Assembly (NCBI GenBank): GCA_015069165.1
Contig: SVJD01000005.1
Span: 6,021 to 70,020, forward strand
From: Oscillospiraceae bacterium
Lineage (GTDB): Bacteria; Bacillota; Clostridia; UBA1212; UBA1255
DNA: 64,000 nucleotides
Reading direction: 5' to 3'
Shown here: one piece after another, positions 56,009 to 64,000 of the stretch
How positions within the stretch are numbered: position 1 is the first letter of the stretch
Layout: each line of letters opens with the position of its first letter
Program-made: the position numbers and the translations under genes
Notes under the pieces: model-generated
What the model was told of the DNA's origin: nothing
Database searches by the model: none
What the model saw: the letters and a program-made list of their open reading frames with translations, nothing else

Positions 56009-57834
56009 TCAGCTTCTCCCTCCCCATTAAATTTAAAACACAACATAGTAATATCATCAAATTGAGGTACTTCGCCAACAAAAGAATCAACGTCGTTTTT
56101 GATTTCATCGCAGATTCCTCTTGTATCAAGATTCTCAATTTTTTGCAAAACATCAAGGAGACGACTTTCTCCGTAAAGTTCATTCTGAATATCCATCGCC
56201 TCTGTTACACCATCAGTGTAAAGATAAATAACATCACCTTTTTCAAGCTGATATTCATTCTTGCTGTAACGAATACCCTCCATACCTGCAAGTACAAAAT
56301 TTGCCCTCGATTTAAGAGTTGTAACACTTCCGTCAATATGCTTAATGACAGGTGGATTGTGGCCTGCATTCACGAAACTTATCATACCTGTTTTCGTATC
56401 TAAAAAGCCCATCCACACCGTAACAAACATACCGGCATCGTTGCTTTCACAAAGTTTTTCATTGGCAGTTGTAAAAACTTGTTCAATATCCATTCCCGAT
56501 TCCGCATAACTTTTAAGGAGTGTTTTTGAAGTCATCATAAACATTGCAGCCGGAATTCCTTTGCCTGAAACATCGGCAACAAGAAACGCCAGAGTGTCTT
56601 CGTCAACAAAATAGAAGTCATAGAAATCACCACCAACTTCTTTTGCTGTATACATTGCAGCACTGATTTCAAATTCATTACGGTTAGGATAAGGAGGAAA
56701 TACCGACGGCAATGCCGAATGTTGAATAGCTTTAGCAAATGCAAGTTCAGCATCAATACGAGCTTCCGCTTCTGAAATATATTTTTTAAGTGTATTTACG
56801 GTAGCATTTATATCATTTGAAAGAGCGTCAAACTCAATGCTGGAACGCACATCAACAGTCGTATTGAGATTACCTGCTGTTATGTCGGAAAGTGATTCAT
56901 TCACTCTGTAAATATTATCAACAACAAGGCGTTTTACAAGATAAAAAATCACAATAAACAAAGATGCAAAAACAATCAACTGCATGATTGTTGTGATACA
57001 CACAGAAACATTACGCGATAGAGCCGCCTCAATTTTAGGCATAACTGCAAAAATGTGATAACCTTCCGTCACTTGATGCATACAAAAACACGATTCTCCA
57101 TACACTTTAGCGGTAAAATTCTGTCTTTCAGGAACTTCCGAAGTATCAAAGCAAATTCCGGTAACACCAATATTTTGACCTTCATTACCATAGCGGTCAC
57201 TGATAATGTTCCCTTTTTCATCAACGATGATAATCGAACCGTTTTCTCCCACGTGGCGATTATGGGTGACACCAATCACAAATTCATCAATGTCTTTTTG
57301 AAAGCGTTCCGCTCCGTAACCTACTTGAACAAAACCTCCGTTTTCAAGGACAACTCCGCCGTATTTACGCGAGATTGACGCATCATAAGAAACAGGCTGA
57401 TAACTCTGCACATATTCCTTTTCACCCGAAAGCAAAACCATAAATTCTGCCGATTGCACTCCGCTTCTCATATCATAATTTAAAAAATAAGGATACGTGC
57501 TTGCAATGATGATTCCGGCATTATTTACGCAATTGATTTCTGTTACATCATATTTTTGGGTAAGTTCCGCAAGCAATTCTGAATTTATATTTTCTGATTT
57601 GTTTAATTCGTCTGCGATTTGATAAGAAAGTTTTAGCAAATTTTTATCGGAAGCATCAATAATATCTTCCTTGACATCCGAAATATTCAAAGATAGCAAC
57701 TGTACTGCGTTGTTTTTTGACAATTGGGTCTGAAAAACCCATAAAAATACCGTTGTTGCTAAAAAAGCAACAATTACAAGCACCAACAACCATTGTCTGA
57801 ATATTCCCGAAATCTTTTGCTTTTTATTTTTCAT
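56005..57834 (-). CDS. membrane sensor PP2C phosphatase (SpoIIE/RsbU family) with extracytoplasmic Cache-like region and HAMP
   Basis: Layout: TM (aa 14-34), an extracytoplasmic region of about 250 aa with two PAS/Cache-like segments (VNNAGIIIAST, IIIVDEKGNIISD), a second TM, a HAMP-like linker, then a PP2C core (EVGGDFYDF, FLVADVSGKG, LYTDGVTEA, DDITML). Confidence 0.85.
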   Translation of the reverse strand: MKNKKQKISGIFRQWLLVLVIVAFLATTVFLWVFQTQLSKNNAVQLLSLNISDVKEDIIDASDKNLLKLSYQIADELNKSENINSELLAELTQKYDVTEINCVNNAGIIIASTYPYFLNYDMRSGVQSAEFMVLLSGEKEYVQSYQPVSYDASISRKYGGVVLENGGFVQVGYGAERFQKDIDEFVIGVTHNRHVGENGSIIIVDEKGNIISDRYGNEGQNIGVTGICFDTSEVPERQNFTAKVYGESCFCMHQVTEGYHIFAVMPKIEAALSRNVSVCITTIMQLIVFASLFIVIFYLVKRLVVDNIYRVNESLSDITAGNLNTTVDVRSSIEFDALSNDINATVNTLKKYISEAEARIDAELAFAKAIQHSALPSVFPPYPNRNEFEISAAMYTAKEVGGDFYDFYFVDEDTLAFLVADVSGKGIPAAMFMMTSKTLLKSYAESGMDIEQVFTTANEKLCESNDAGMFVTVWMGFLDTKTGMISFVNAGHNPPVIKHIDGSVTTLKSRANFVLAGMEGIRYSKNEYQLEKGDVIYLYTDGVTEAMDIQNELYGESRLLDVLQKIENLDTRGICDEIKNDVDSFVGEVPQFDDITMLCFKFNGEGEAE

Positions 57835-57845
57835 AAAACATTCCT

Positions 57846-58142
57846 TTATTCAATCGTCAAAATATTACTGAATCCTGTTACTTCAAAAATTTCAGAGATA
57901 GTTTCGTTGACATTTCGTACAATCATTTTTCCTTGTTTATTCATTGTTTTTTGTGCAGAAAGAAGCACACGAAGTCCGGCCGAAGATAAATAATCAAGTG
58001 CCGCAAAATCAAAAACAAGTTTTTCAATACCGTTCAAGCTTTGATTAAGCTTAGCTTCAAGCTCGGGTGCAGTTGCGGTATCGAGCCTGCCTTCAAGAGC
58101 AATTATAAGTTCTCTTTCATTTATTGCTTTGTTTATATTCAT
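57846..58142 (-). CDS. STAS domain anti-sigma-factor antagonist (RsbV/SpoIIAA-like)
   Basis: 98 aa. The conserved phospho-acceptor context DYLSSAGLRVLL is present, as is the C-terminal FEVTGF pattern. Confidence 0.9.
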   Translation of the reverse strand: MNINKAINERELIIALEGRLDTATAPELEAKLNQSLNGIEKLVFDFAALDYLSSAGLRVLLSAQKTMNKQGKMIVRNVNETISEIFEVTGFSNILTIE

Positions 58143-58159
58143 TGTTCTTTCCTCACTTT

Positions 58160-59251
58160 TTATTTTATTTTTGCAATTATAAGATTTGTATATTCATCTT
58201 CGCTGATTTCGGAATACTCGATACTTTCCGCCGCGTTCTGCGCAATTTTCAGAGAGAGAATATTGTCTGAATTTATAGGATTGAAAGTTTTACCATTATA
58301 TTTGGCCTGCATTAAAATACTTTCTTCTTCCTGTGAATATTCAACCGTTATATTCAGTTTAAATTCATTTGACATTTCAGCAATGATAATCTGTACACAA
58401 AGTTCTTCAAATACCGATTGCATATGGTAAATCGACTTTTGAGAAATACCGCTTCTCCTGCCAAATTCCTCAAGACTTGTGTTAAAACCAATAAAGTCAA
58501 AGTTCTTTGAAGTTATATCTTTTTCAAATACTTTAACACGTTTAATAAAACGAGCAGTCTTTTCTCTTTGCGGATTGTCAAATATCTGCTCCGGCGTGCC
58601 TTCTTCGTAAATTCCGCCATCATCCATATAGAACACTCTGTTTGCAATTTCACGTGCAAAACGCATTTCGTGGGTTACAATCATCATTGTAAGTCCTTTT
58701 TTGCCCAAATCCTTAATAACAGTCTGAACCTCTCCCACCATTGTAGGGTCAAGAGCTGATGTAGGCTCGTCAAATAGTATTATTTCAGGATCCATGGCAA
58801 GTGTTCTTGCAATGGCAACTCTTTGCTTTTGACCACCTGAAAGTTCATCAGGGTAATTAAAAGCTTTGTCGGCAAGGCCCACGGTGCGAAGAAGTTGCAT
58901 TCCGTCATCATACGCCTGTTGCTTTGATTTGCCGAGCAAATCCATTGGTGCCGCCATAATATTTTCGATAATATTAAGGTGATTAAAAAGGTTGAACGAC
59001 TGGAAAACCATTCCCATTTTTTGCCTTATTTTATTAATATCGCATTTTTTGTCAGTTATACAATTATCACCAACCCATATTTCGCCGGAAGTGGGAGTTT
59101 CAAGCCTGTTTATACACCTTATAAGTGTGGATTTCCCCGTACCGGAAGGTCCGATAATCGAAATTATGTCGCCTCTGTTTATCTCAACACTTACATCCTT
59201 TAAGGGCGTAGCGTTGGGATATTCTTTTCTTAAATGATTGATTTTTATCAT
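58160..59251 (-). CDS. polar amino acid ABC transporter ATP-binding protein with an unusual ~120-aa C-terminal extension
   Basis: Walker A GPSGTGKST, signature LSGGQKQR, Walker B ILFDEPTSALD and H-loop VTHEM lie within aa 1-242. Residues about 245-363 are extra compared with GlnQ/HisP-type ATPases. Confidence 0.9.
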   Translation of the reverse strand: MIKINHLRKEYPNATPLKDVSVEINRGDIISIIGPSGTGKSTLIRCINRLETPTSGEIWVGDNCITDKKCDINKIRQKMGMVFQSFNLFNHLNIIENIMAAPMDLLGKSKQQAYDDGMQLLRTVGLADKAFNYPDELSGGQKQRVAIARTLAMDPEIILFDEPTSALDPTMVGEVQTVIKDLGKKGLTMMIVTHEMRFAREIANRVFYMDDGGIYEEGTPEQIFDNPQREKTARFIKRVKVFEKDITSKNFDFIGFNTSLEEFGRRSGISQKSIYHMQSVFEELCVQIIIAEMSNEFKLNITVEYSQEEESILMQAKYNGKTFNPINSDNILSLKIAQNAAESIEYSEISEDEYTNLIIAKIK

Positions 59252-61494
59252 CTTACTACCCCCTTCAAAATACTTTTATTTTTTCGTCTTTTTGGGTCTG
59301 TTTTTTTCTTAGCAATACCCATAAGCATTGTAACTATCCATATTAGAGCAAAGTATATAAGCGCAACGGCAATGAGCGGGAAAAAGGCTTCATACGTATT
59401 ACTTCTTATAATATCTCCCATTCTCGTAAGGTCATTTACAGCAATATAGCCGACAATTGACGTTGCTTTAATAAGACCTATAATTTCTCCTGTGTAGGCA
59501 GGTATAAACATTTTCATTGCCTGAGGAAGGATAATTTTAAAAAATGTTTTGTTTCTGCTGTAACCAAGTGCATAGGCTGCCTCTGTTTGCCCTTTATCAA
59601 CATTTTCGACTGTTATATCAAGTTGCCCGTAAACAAACGAGCTGAATGTCATAATAAACCCTATAATAGCTACGATTATTCCGCTTATATCTGCCTTGGC
59701 AAAAACCAAATAGTATAAAATCATCAAGATAACAAGAATTGGCGTACCTGAAATAATGATTGAATGGACTTTCGCAAGTTTCTTGGCAATCAACGATAGA
59801 AGTTTATATTTCGAACGGGAAATCATATAGAAAACAAAACCGAATACCGTGCCGCCGACTACAGAGCAAAAGCTGATTAAAACCGTTACGGCAAGACCTT
59901 TGACAATGAGTTTCCAACGACTCTCACGTATAAATGTTTTTTCAAAGCTTTCTTTTATTGACGCAAGAAAATCCGTTTCGGCGTTATCATTTTCATAAAT
60001 TACCATAATTATATCAGACACCATATACGGCTCACAAAAATTAACACTTTCTTTTCGTTCATCTGTTATATAGATACCGCAGGAAACTACATCATATTTA
60101 CCCTCAGTAAGACCTGCCACACCTGCAGTCCATTGAGCATCTTCAAATTTAGGCTTATAACCGTATTTCTCGCAGAACATATAGAGAATTTCAACTTCAA
60201 AACCTGCATGTTCATTGTTTAACATATACACAAAAGGTTTTCTTGACGAATCAAGTGCAATTTTCAACTCTTTTTCATTTGCTGACAAATCCTGAATTTT
60301 GATATTTTCTGTTGGTTCAACCGTTCCGCACCATTTGTCCCAAATTTTATCAAGAGTTCCTTCTGCGCGAAGTTCGTCAAGGTATGCATTCATTTGAGTT
60401 TGAAGTTCACTGCCCTTTTCGTTCTTTCCGAAAGCATAGCCGATTTCCACATTGTAGTCCGGCACTTTAATATAAGAAAGACCTTTGTCCGTTCTTTTTG
60501 CAGCGTTGTAATTTGGCATATCAAGGAGGAATCCGTCAACCTTACCCTGTTTTACGCACTGGAAAAGATCCGGGAATGATTGATACGCATCAATATTAGC
60601 ATCCGGGAAAAGTTCTTTTGAATAACCGTCATAAATCGAGCCGACTATAACACCGAGAGTTGCGTTTTTGAAATCATCAAGAGTTCTTACTGCAGAACCT
60701 GAAGATTTAACAACGAGCACCATTTCATCGGAATAATAAACATCCGAAAAATCAAGACTGTTTTTTCTTTCTTCGTTAATGGTTGCGCCGGAAGCACCAA
60801 TATCATAAATACCACTTTTTATTCCTGAAAGAATTCCTGTAAAAGACGAGTCGAAAAACTCAATGTTATATCCGTACTCTCCTGCAAATTTAGTTAAAAA
60901 TTCTATATCATAACCTGCATATTTTGCATTTTTTATATACACAAAAGGTTTTTGTTCAGAACAAATCGCAACACGTATTGTGCCGTTTTTGCCGCTTAAC
61001 TTCTCGTAATCTGCAAATTCCGAAGGTTCGCTTGAAGAAAACCACTTTTCTTGAAGCTGTTTAAGTTTGCCGTTGGTCTTTTGATTTTTTATGAATTCGT
61101 TCAATTGCTTTTGCAAATCAAGTTTTTCACCTTTATTGAACATAAAACCGTAATTACTCACAGCAATCGGTTCTTCAACACGTTTAACTGCTATTCCTTC
61201 CCATTGCATTGCACATAAAACAGAATTTTCAGTTGAAAAAGTTTCAATTTTATCTGACATAAGCGCCATAACAGAATCTGAAGGATTGGAATACTCAACA
61301 TGCTCTGCATCCGGCAAAAGTTCTTTGAGAAGGTTCGACTGTATAGAACCTGCTACCGAACCTACTTTAGATTGACTGAAATCAGAAATACGAGTTTTAT
61401 TCGTGTCGGAATCCTTAACCTCGGTTGTGTTACAACCTGTAAGAGACAACAGTAAAATCACGGCAGATAACAACACCACAAAAAATCTTTTCAT
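59248..61494 (-). CDS. fused amino acid ABC transporter substrate-binding domains plus permease (lipoprotein)
   Basis: Lipobox LTGC. It contains a partial SBP module, a complete SBP_bac_3 module, a second partial module and then a HisM/GlnP-type permease (EAAYALGYS EAA loop). ATG at 61494 sits 9 nt after AAGGAGG. Confidence 0.85.
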   Translation of the reverse strand: MKRFFVVLLSAVILLLSLTGCNTTEVKDSDTNKTRISDFSQSKVGSVAGSIQSNLLKELLPDAEHVEYSNPSDSVMALMSDKIETFSTENSVLCAMQWEGIAVKRVEEPIAVSNYGFMFNKGEKLDLQKQLNEFIKNQKTNGKLKQLQEKWFSSSEPSEFADYEKLSGKNGTIRVAICSEQKPFVYIKNAKYAGYDIEFLTKFAGEYGYNIEFFDSSFTGILSGIKSGIYDIGASGATINEERKNSLDFSDVYYSDEMVLVVKSSGSAVRTLDDFKNATLGVIVGSIYDGYSKELFPDANIDAYQSFPDLFQCVKQGKVDGFLLDMPNYNAAKRTDKGLSYIKVPDYNVEIGYAFGKNEKGSELQTQMNAYLDELRAEGTLDKIWDKWCGTVEPTENIKIQDLSANEKELKIALDSSRKPFVYMLNNEHAGFEVEILYMFCEKYGYKPKFEDAQWTAGVAGLTEGKYDVVSCGIYITDERKESVNFCEPYMVSDIIMVIYENDNAETDFLASIKESFEKTFIRESRWKLIVKGLAVTVLISFCSVVGGTVFGFVFYMISRSKYKLLSLIAKKLAKVHSIIISGTPILVILMILYYLVFAKADISGIIVAIIGFIMTFSSFVYGQLDITVENVDKGQTEAAYALGYSRNKTFFKIILPQAMKMFIPAYTGEIIGLIKATSIVGYIAVNDLTRMGDIIRSNTYEAFFPLIAVALIYFALIWIVTMLMGIAKKKTDPKRRKNKSILKGVVR

Positions 61495-61525
61495 TGTTAA
61501 AAGCCTCCTTTTAGTGTTTTTTAGT

Positions 61526-61554
61526 ATTTTAGAACGCATGATTTTTTTTGTCAA
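61526..61554 (-). promoter_or_regulatory. sigma-A-type promoter of the ABC / partner-switching operon
   Basis: On the minus strand: TTGACA (61554-61549), 17-nt spacer, TAAAAT (61531-61526). The leader is short, leaving no room for a riboswitch. Confidence 0.45.
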
Positions 61555-61751
61555 TACAAACTGTAGATGGTAATTTTTTTATACGAAAGAGAGTGTTATC
61601 GACAACGTATTTTCTTTGTAATCAGCAGAAATACTGCCACCCATTTACAAGGTAATTTTTTCTAAATCGCTATTTACCTTTTTACGAAAATAGAGTATAA
61701 TTCAACGATGAATTAATTAACCATAAATAAGTAATAAGGAGTGTTTTAATA

Positions 61752-63410
61752 ATGAATATATCTTCCCTTCAACAGGCCAGATATCAGTACCAACCAAAAT
61801 TGCCCGGTATGCTCAGAAACGGTATTTCTGATATATGCGTAAAAACGGGTGCCCCTACTGAGAGTGTGGCAGACCAAGAAAAAATCAAATCTCTTTTCCC
61901 TAATACTTATGGTAAAAATGAGATTACTTTCCAAAAAGGAAGCAACACTTCAGAAGCTAAAAAGCAAGTTGTAGGTGTTATTCTCTCCGGCGGACAAGCT
62001 CCCGGCGGACACAACGTTATTTGCGGTCTTTATGACGCTTTGAAAGCAACTGACAAAGACAATGTGCTCTACGGATTTAAAGGTGGTCCCAGTGGTCTTT
62101 TAGAAGACAGCTTCGTAATTTTTGATGATGAATATATCAATCAATATCGCAACACAGGCGGTTTTGATATTATCGGTTCAGGCCGTACAAAGCTCGAAAC
62201 AGAAGAACAATTTGCTGTAGTTGCGGAAGTTTGCAAGAAGCACGGTATTACTGCTATTGTTATTATCGGCGGTGACGATTCAAACACTAACGCTGCAGTG
62301 CTTGCTGAATATTTCGCAGCTCACAACAGCGGCGTACAAGTTATCGGTTGCCCTAAGACAATTGACGGCGACTTGAAAAATGAAGATATCGAATGTTCTT
62401 TCGGTTTCGATACAGCTACTAAAACTTACAGCGAAATCGTAGGAAATATCGGACGTGATGCTAACTCTGCAAAGAAATATTGGCATTTCGTTAAAGTAAT
62501 GGGCCGCTCGGCATCACACGTTGCTTTGGAGACAGCTCTTCAAACACAGCCCAACATCTGCCTTATCGGTGAAGAAGTTGCAGCTAAAAAAATGTCTTTG
62601 GCACAAATCACTGATTACATTGCTGATTCTGTTGCTAATCGTGCTTCAAACGGATGTAATTTCGGTGTTGCCGTAATTCCCGAGGGAATTGTTGAGTTCG
62701 TTCCTGAATTTTCTATACTTATTGCAGAAATCAACGAGCTTTTGGCAGGCGAAAAAGCTGATGCTTTCAATGCTCTTCCCTCTTGGGCTGACAAATACGC
62801 TTTCATCAAAGCCGGTTTAACAAAAGAATCTATGGCAGTTTTCGAAATTTTGCCTGAGGCTATTCAGCAACAGCTTTTCTTGGATCGTGACCCCCACGGT
62901 AACGTACAAGTTTCTTTGATTGAGTCAGAAAAGCTTTTCTCTGCTATGGTTAAAGAAAACTTGGCAGCTCGTAAAGCAGCCGGCACTTATAAGGGCAAAT
63001 TCTCCCCCATTCACCATTTCTTGGGATATGAGGGACGTTGTGCATTCCCTTCAAATTTCGACGCTGACTACTGCTATTCATTAGGCTATAACGCATTTAT
63101 GCTTATTCAATACGGTTTCAACGGATATCTTTCCAAGGTTTCAAATTTGAGCAAACCTGCTGAAGAATGGATTGCAGGCGGTATGCCCATAACAAAGATG
63201 ATGAACATCGAAAGACGTCACGGCCATGACAAACCTGTTATCCGCAAAGCTCTCGTTGAGCTTGACAGCAAGCCTTTCAAATATTTCGAAGCGAACAGAG
63301 AAAAATGGGCTGTTGAAACATGCTACGTATTCCCCGGTGCTATTCAGTACTTCGGACCCAGCGAAGTTTGCGATACAACAACAAAAACATTGGCTTTGGA
63401 AAAGGCTTAA
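61752..63410 (+). CDS. pfp: diphosphate--fructose-6-phosphate 1-phosphotransferase (PPi-dependent phosphofructokinase)
   Basis: PFK fold with the PPi-type residues: GGDDSNT (Asp instead of Gly) and PKTIDGDL (Lys instead of Gly). MGR motif present; 552 aa long form. Confidence 0.9.
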   Translation: MNISSLQQARYQYQPKLPGMLRNGISDICVKTGAPTESVADQEKIKSLFPNTYGKNEITFQKGSNTSEAKKQVVGVILSGGQAPGGHNVICGLYDALKATDKDNVLYGFKGGPSGLLEDSFVIFDDEYINQYRNTGGFDIIGSGRTKLETEEQFAVVAEVCKKHGITAIVIIGGDDSNTNAAVLAEYFAAHNSGVQVIGCPKTIDGDLKNEDIECSFGFDTATKTYSEIVGNIGRDANSAKKYWHFVKVMGRSASHVALETALQTQPNICLIGEEVAAKKMSLAQITDYIADSVANRASNGCNFGVAVIPEGIVEFVPEFSILIAEINELLAGEKADAFNALPSWADKYAFIKAGLTKESMAVFEILPEAIQQQLFLDRDPHGNVQVSLIESEKLFSAMVKENLAARKAAGTYKGKFSPIHHFLGYEGRCAFPSNFDADYCYSLGYNAFMLIQYGFNGYLSKVSNLSKPAEEWIAGGMPITKMMNIERRHGHDKPVIRKALVELDSKPFKYFEANREKWAVETCYVFPGAIQYFGPSEVCDTTTKTLALEKA

Positions 63411-63426
63411 GCAAAGGATTAATCAC

Positions 63427-63465
63427 AAAGGGTTATAGTGGATTGCCCACTATAACCCTTTATTT
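63427..63465. terminator. bidirectional terminator between pfp and the toxin gene
   Basis: 14-bp perfect stem AAGGGTTATAGTGG / CCACTATAACCCTT with loop ATTGC and a T-rich tail. The right arm overlaps the last codons of the minus-strand toxin gene. Confidence 0.7.
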
Positions 63466-63776
63466 TCAAGTCTGCGTTCAGCTTCTTTATAAACTTCTTC
63501 GTCATCCCGGACGGATATTACAATTATCTTCATTTTTTCCTTGTCTCTAACCAAAGAATACACAACCCTGTATCCAAGATTGCGTAATTTAATTTTATAA
63601 AAACCACTCAATTTTGATGCCACATGATTTCCCAACGGCTTTCCGATTCCATCGGGTGGAGGCAATGGATGTTCTGCCGTCTTTTCGATCGCTTTCAAAA
63701 TAAGTTTACGATTATACGGATCCAGACGTTTTAAATCACGTTGAGCCTCTTTAATATATTCTATCTTCCATTTCAT
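63450..63776 (-). CDS. type II toxin-antitoxin system RelE/ParE family toxin
   Basis: 108 aa. The pattern W.I.Y...A..DL..L......I...I..L...P...G..L.G.L.G.Y..R.G.YR..Y is typical of RelE/StbE. It lies 12 nt downstream of an antitoxin-like gene. Confidence 0.8.
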   Translation of the reverse strand: MKWKIEYIKEAQRDLKRLDPYNRKLILKAIEKTAEHPLPPPDGIGKPLGNHVASKLSGFYKIKLRNLGYRVVYSLVRDKEKMKIIVISVRDDEEVYKEAERRLENKGL

Positions 63777-63788
63777 ACCAAGGGCTCC

Positions 63789-64000
63789 TTAATCAATATC
63801 AACTTCTACATCGGCCAAATCTTCATCGGTGATACCTAATTCTTTCATTATTTCTTCATGAGAAACATTGTCATCATCATTATTTATCGCAACACGCTTT
63901 TCAGCTTCTGCTTTCAATGCATAATCAGAAAGCATTTCAGTCAGCATTTCATATTGAGTCGGAGAGACAAGCACACAAGCCGGGCGATTGTTTTTCACTA
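63789..64000 (-). CDS. Phd/YefM-type antitoxin (partial, start beyond window edge)
   Basis: RPACVLVSPTQYEMLTEML matches the Phd/YefM core, and the C-terminal tail is acidic. The reading frame is open to the window end, so the apparent GTG at 63998 is probably internal. Confidence 0.7.
   Translation of the reverse strand, partial: VKNNRPACVLVSPTQYEMLTEMLSDYALKAEAEKRVAINNDDDNVSHEEIMKELGITDEDLADVEVDID

Overview
This is a low-GC chromosomal segment from a spore-forming Firmicute of class Clostridia. It is densely coded, mostly on the minus strand, and dominated by core and sporulation genes. I called everything by reading the supplied translations and the raw sequence; no homology search or structure prediction was possible, so all family names rest on remembered motifs. 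The recognisable content is:
- **Sporulation genes:** a complete spoIIIAA-AH operon, two CotF-like spore coat genes, a DUF4363/DUF421 (YetF-like) pair and a ytfI/gerW-like pair.
- **Housekeeping genes:** groES-groEL behind a perfect CIRCE operator, pcrA, rlmB, mrnC, proS, prmC, scpA/scpB, cinA, glnA and a PPi-dependent phosphofructokinase.
- **RNA genes:** three solitary tRNA genes (Gln-CTG, Arg-ACG, Trp-CCA), each with its own sigma-A-like promoter and terminator.
- **Accessory genes:** a class II Fic protein next to tRNA-Arg, and a RelE/Phd toxin-antitoxin pair that runs off the 3' window edge.

I saw no CRISPR array, rRNA, transposase, integrase or prophage.

**Main findings, in order of interest:**
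1. One operon (61494 to 55595, minus strand) joins a polar-amino-acid ABC importer to a partner-switching module (STAS protein, Cache-like sensor PP2C phosphatase, RsbW-like kinase) with no sigma factor gene. The importer's ATPase carries a C-terminal extension of about 120 aa that aligns by eye to the co-encoded RsbW-like kinase but lacks its ATP-binding motifs. This suggests the transporter itself is the switch output. This is a hypothesis, not a demonstrated function.
2. Three translationally coupled TadE/TadG-like pseudopilin-type genes (32915 to 29890) have no Tad ATPase, platform, pilin or peptidase gene nearby. One of them carries a C-terminal globular domain that resembles a nuclease-like toxin module.
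3. An SPFH / Arc-repressor / small-membrane-protein operon sits behind a perfect 16+16 bp inverted repeat that overlaps its promoter.

Several enzyme paralogs also have degenerate cofactor or catalytic motifs.
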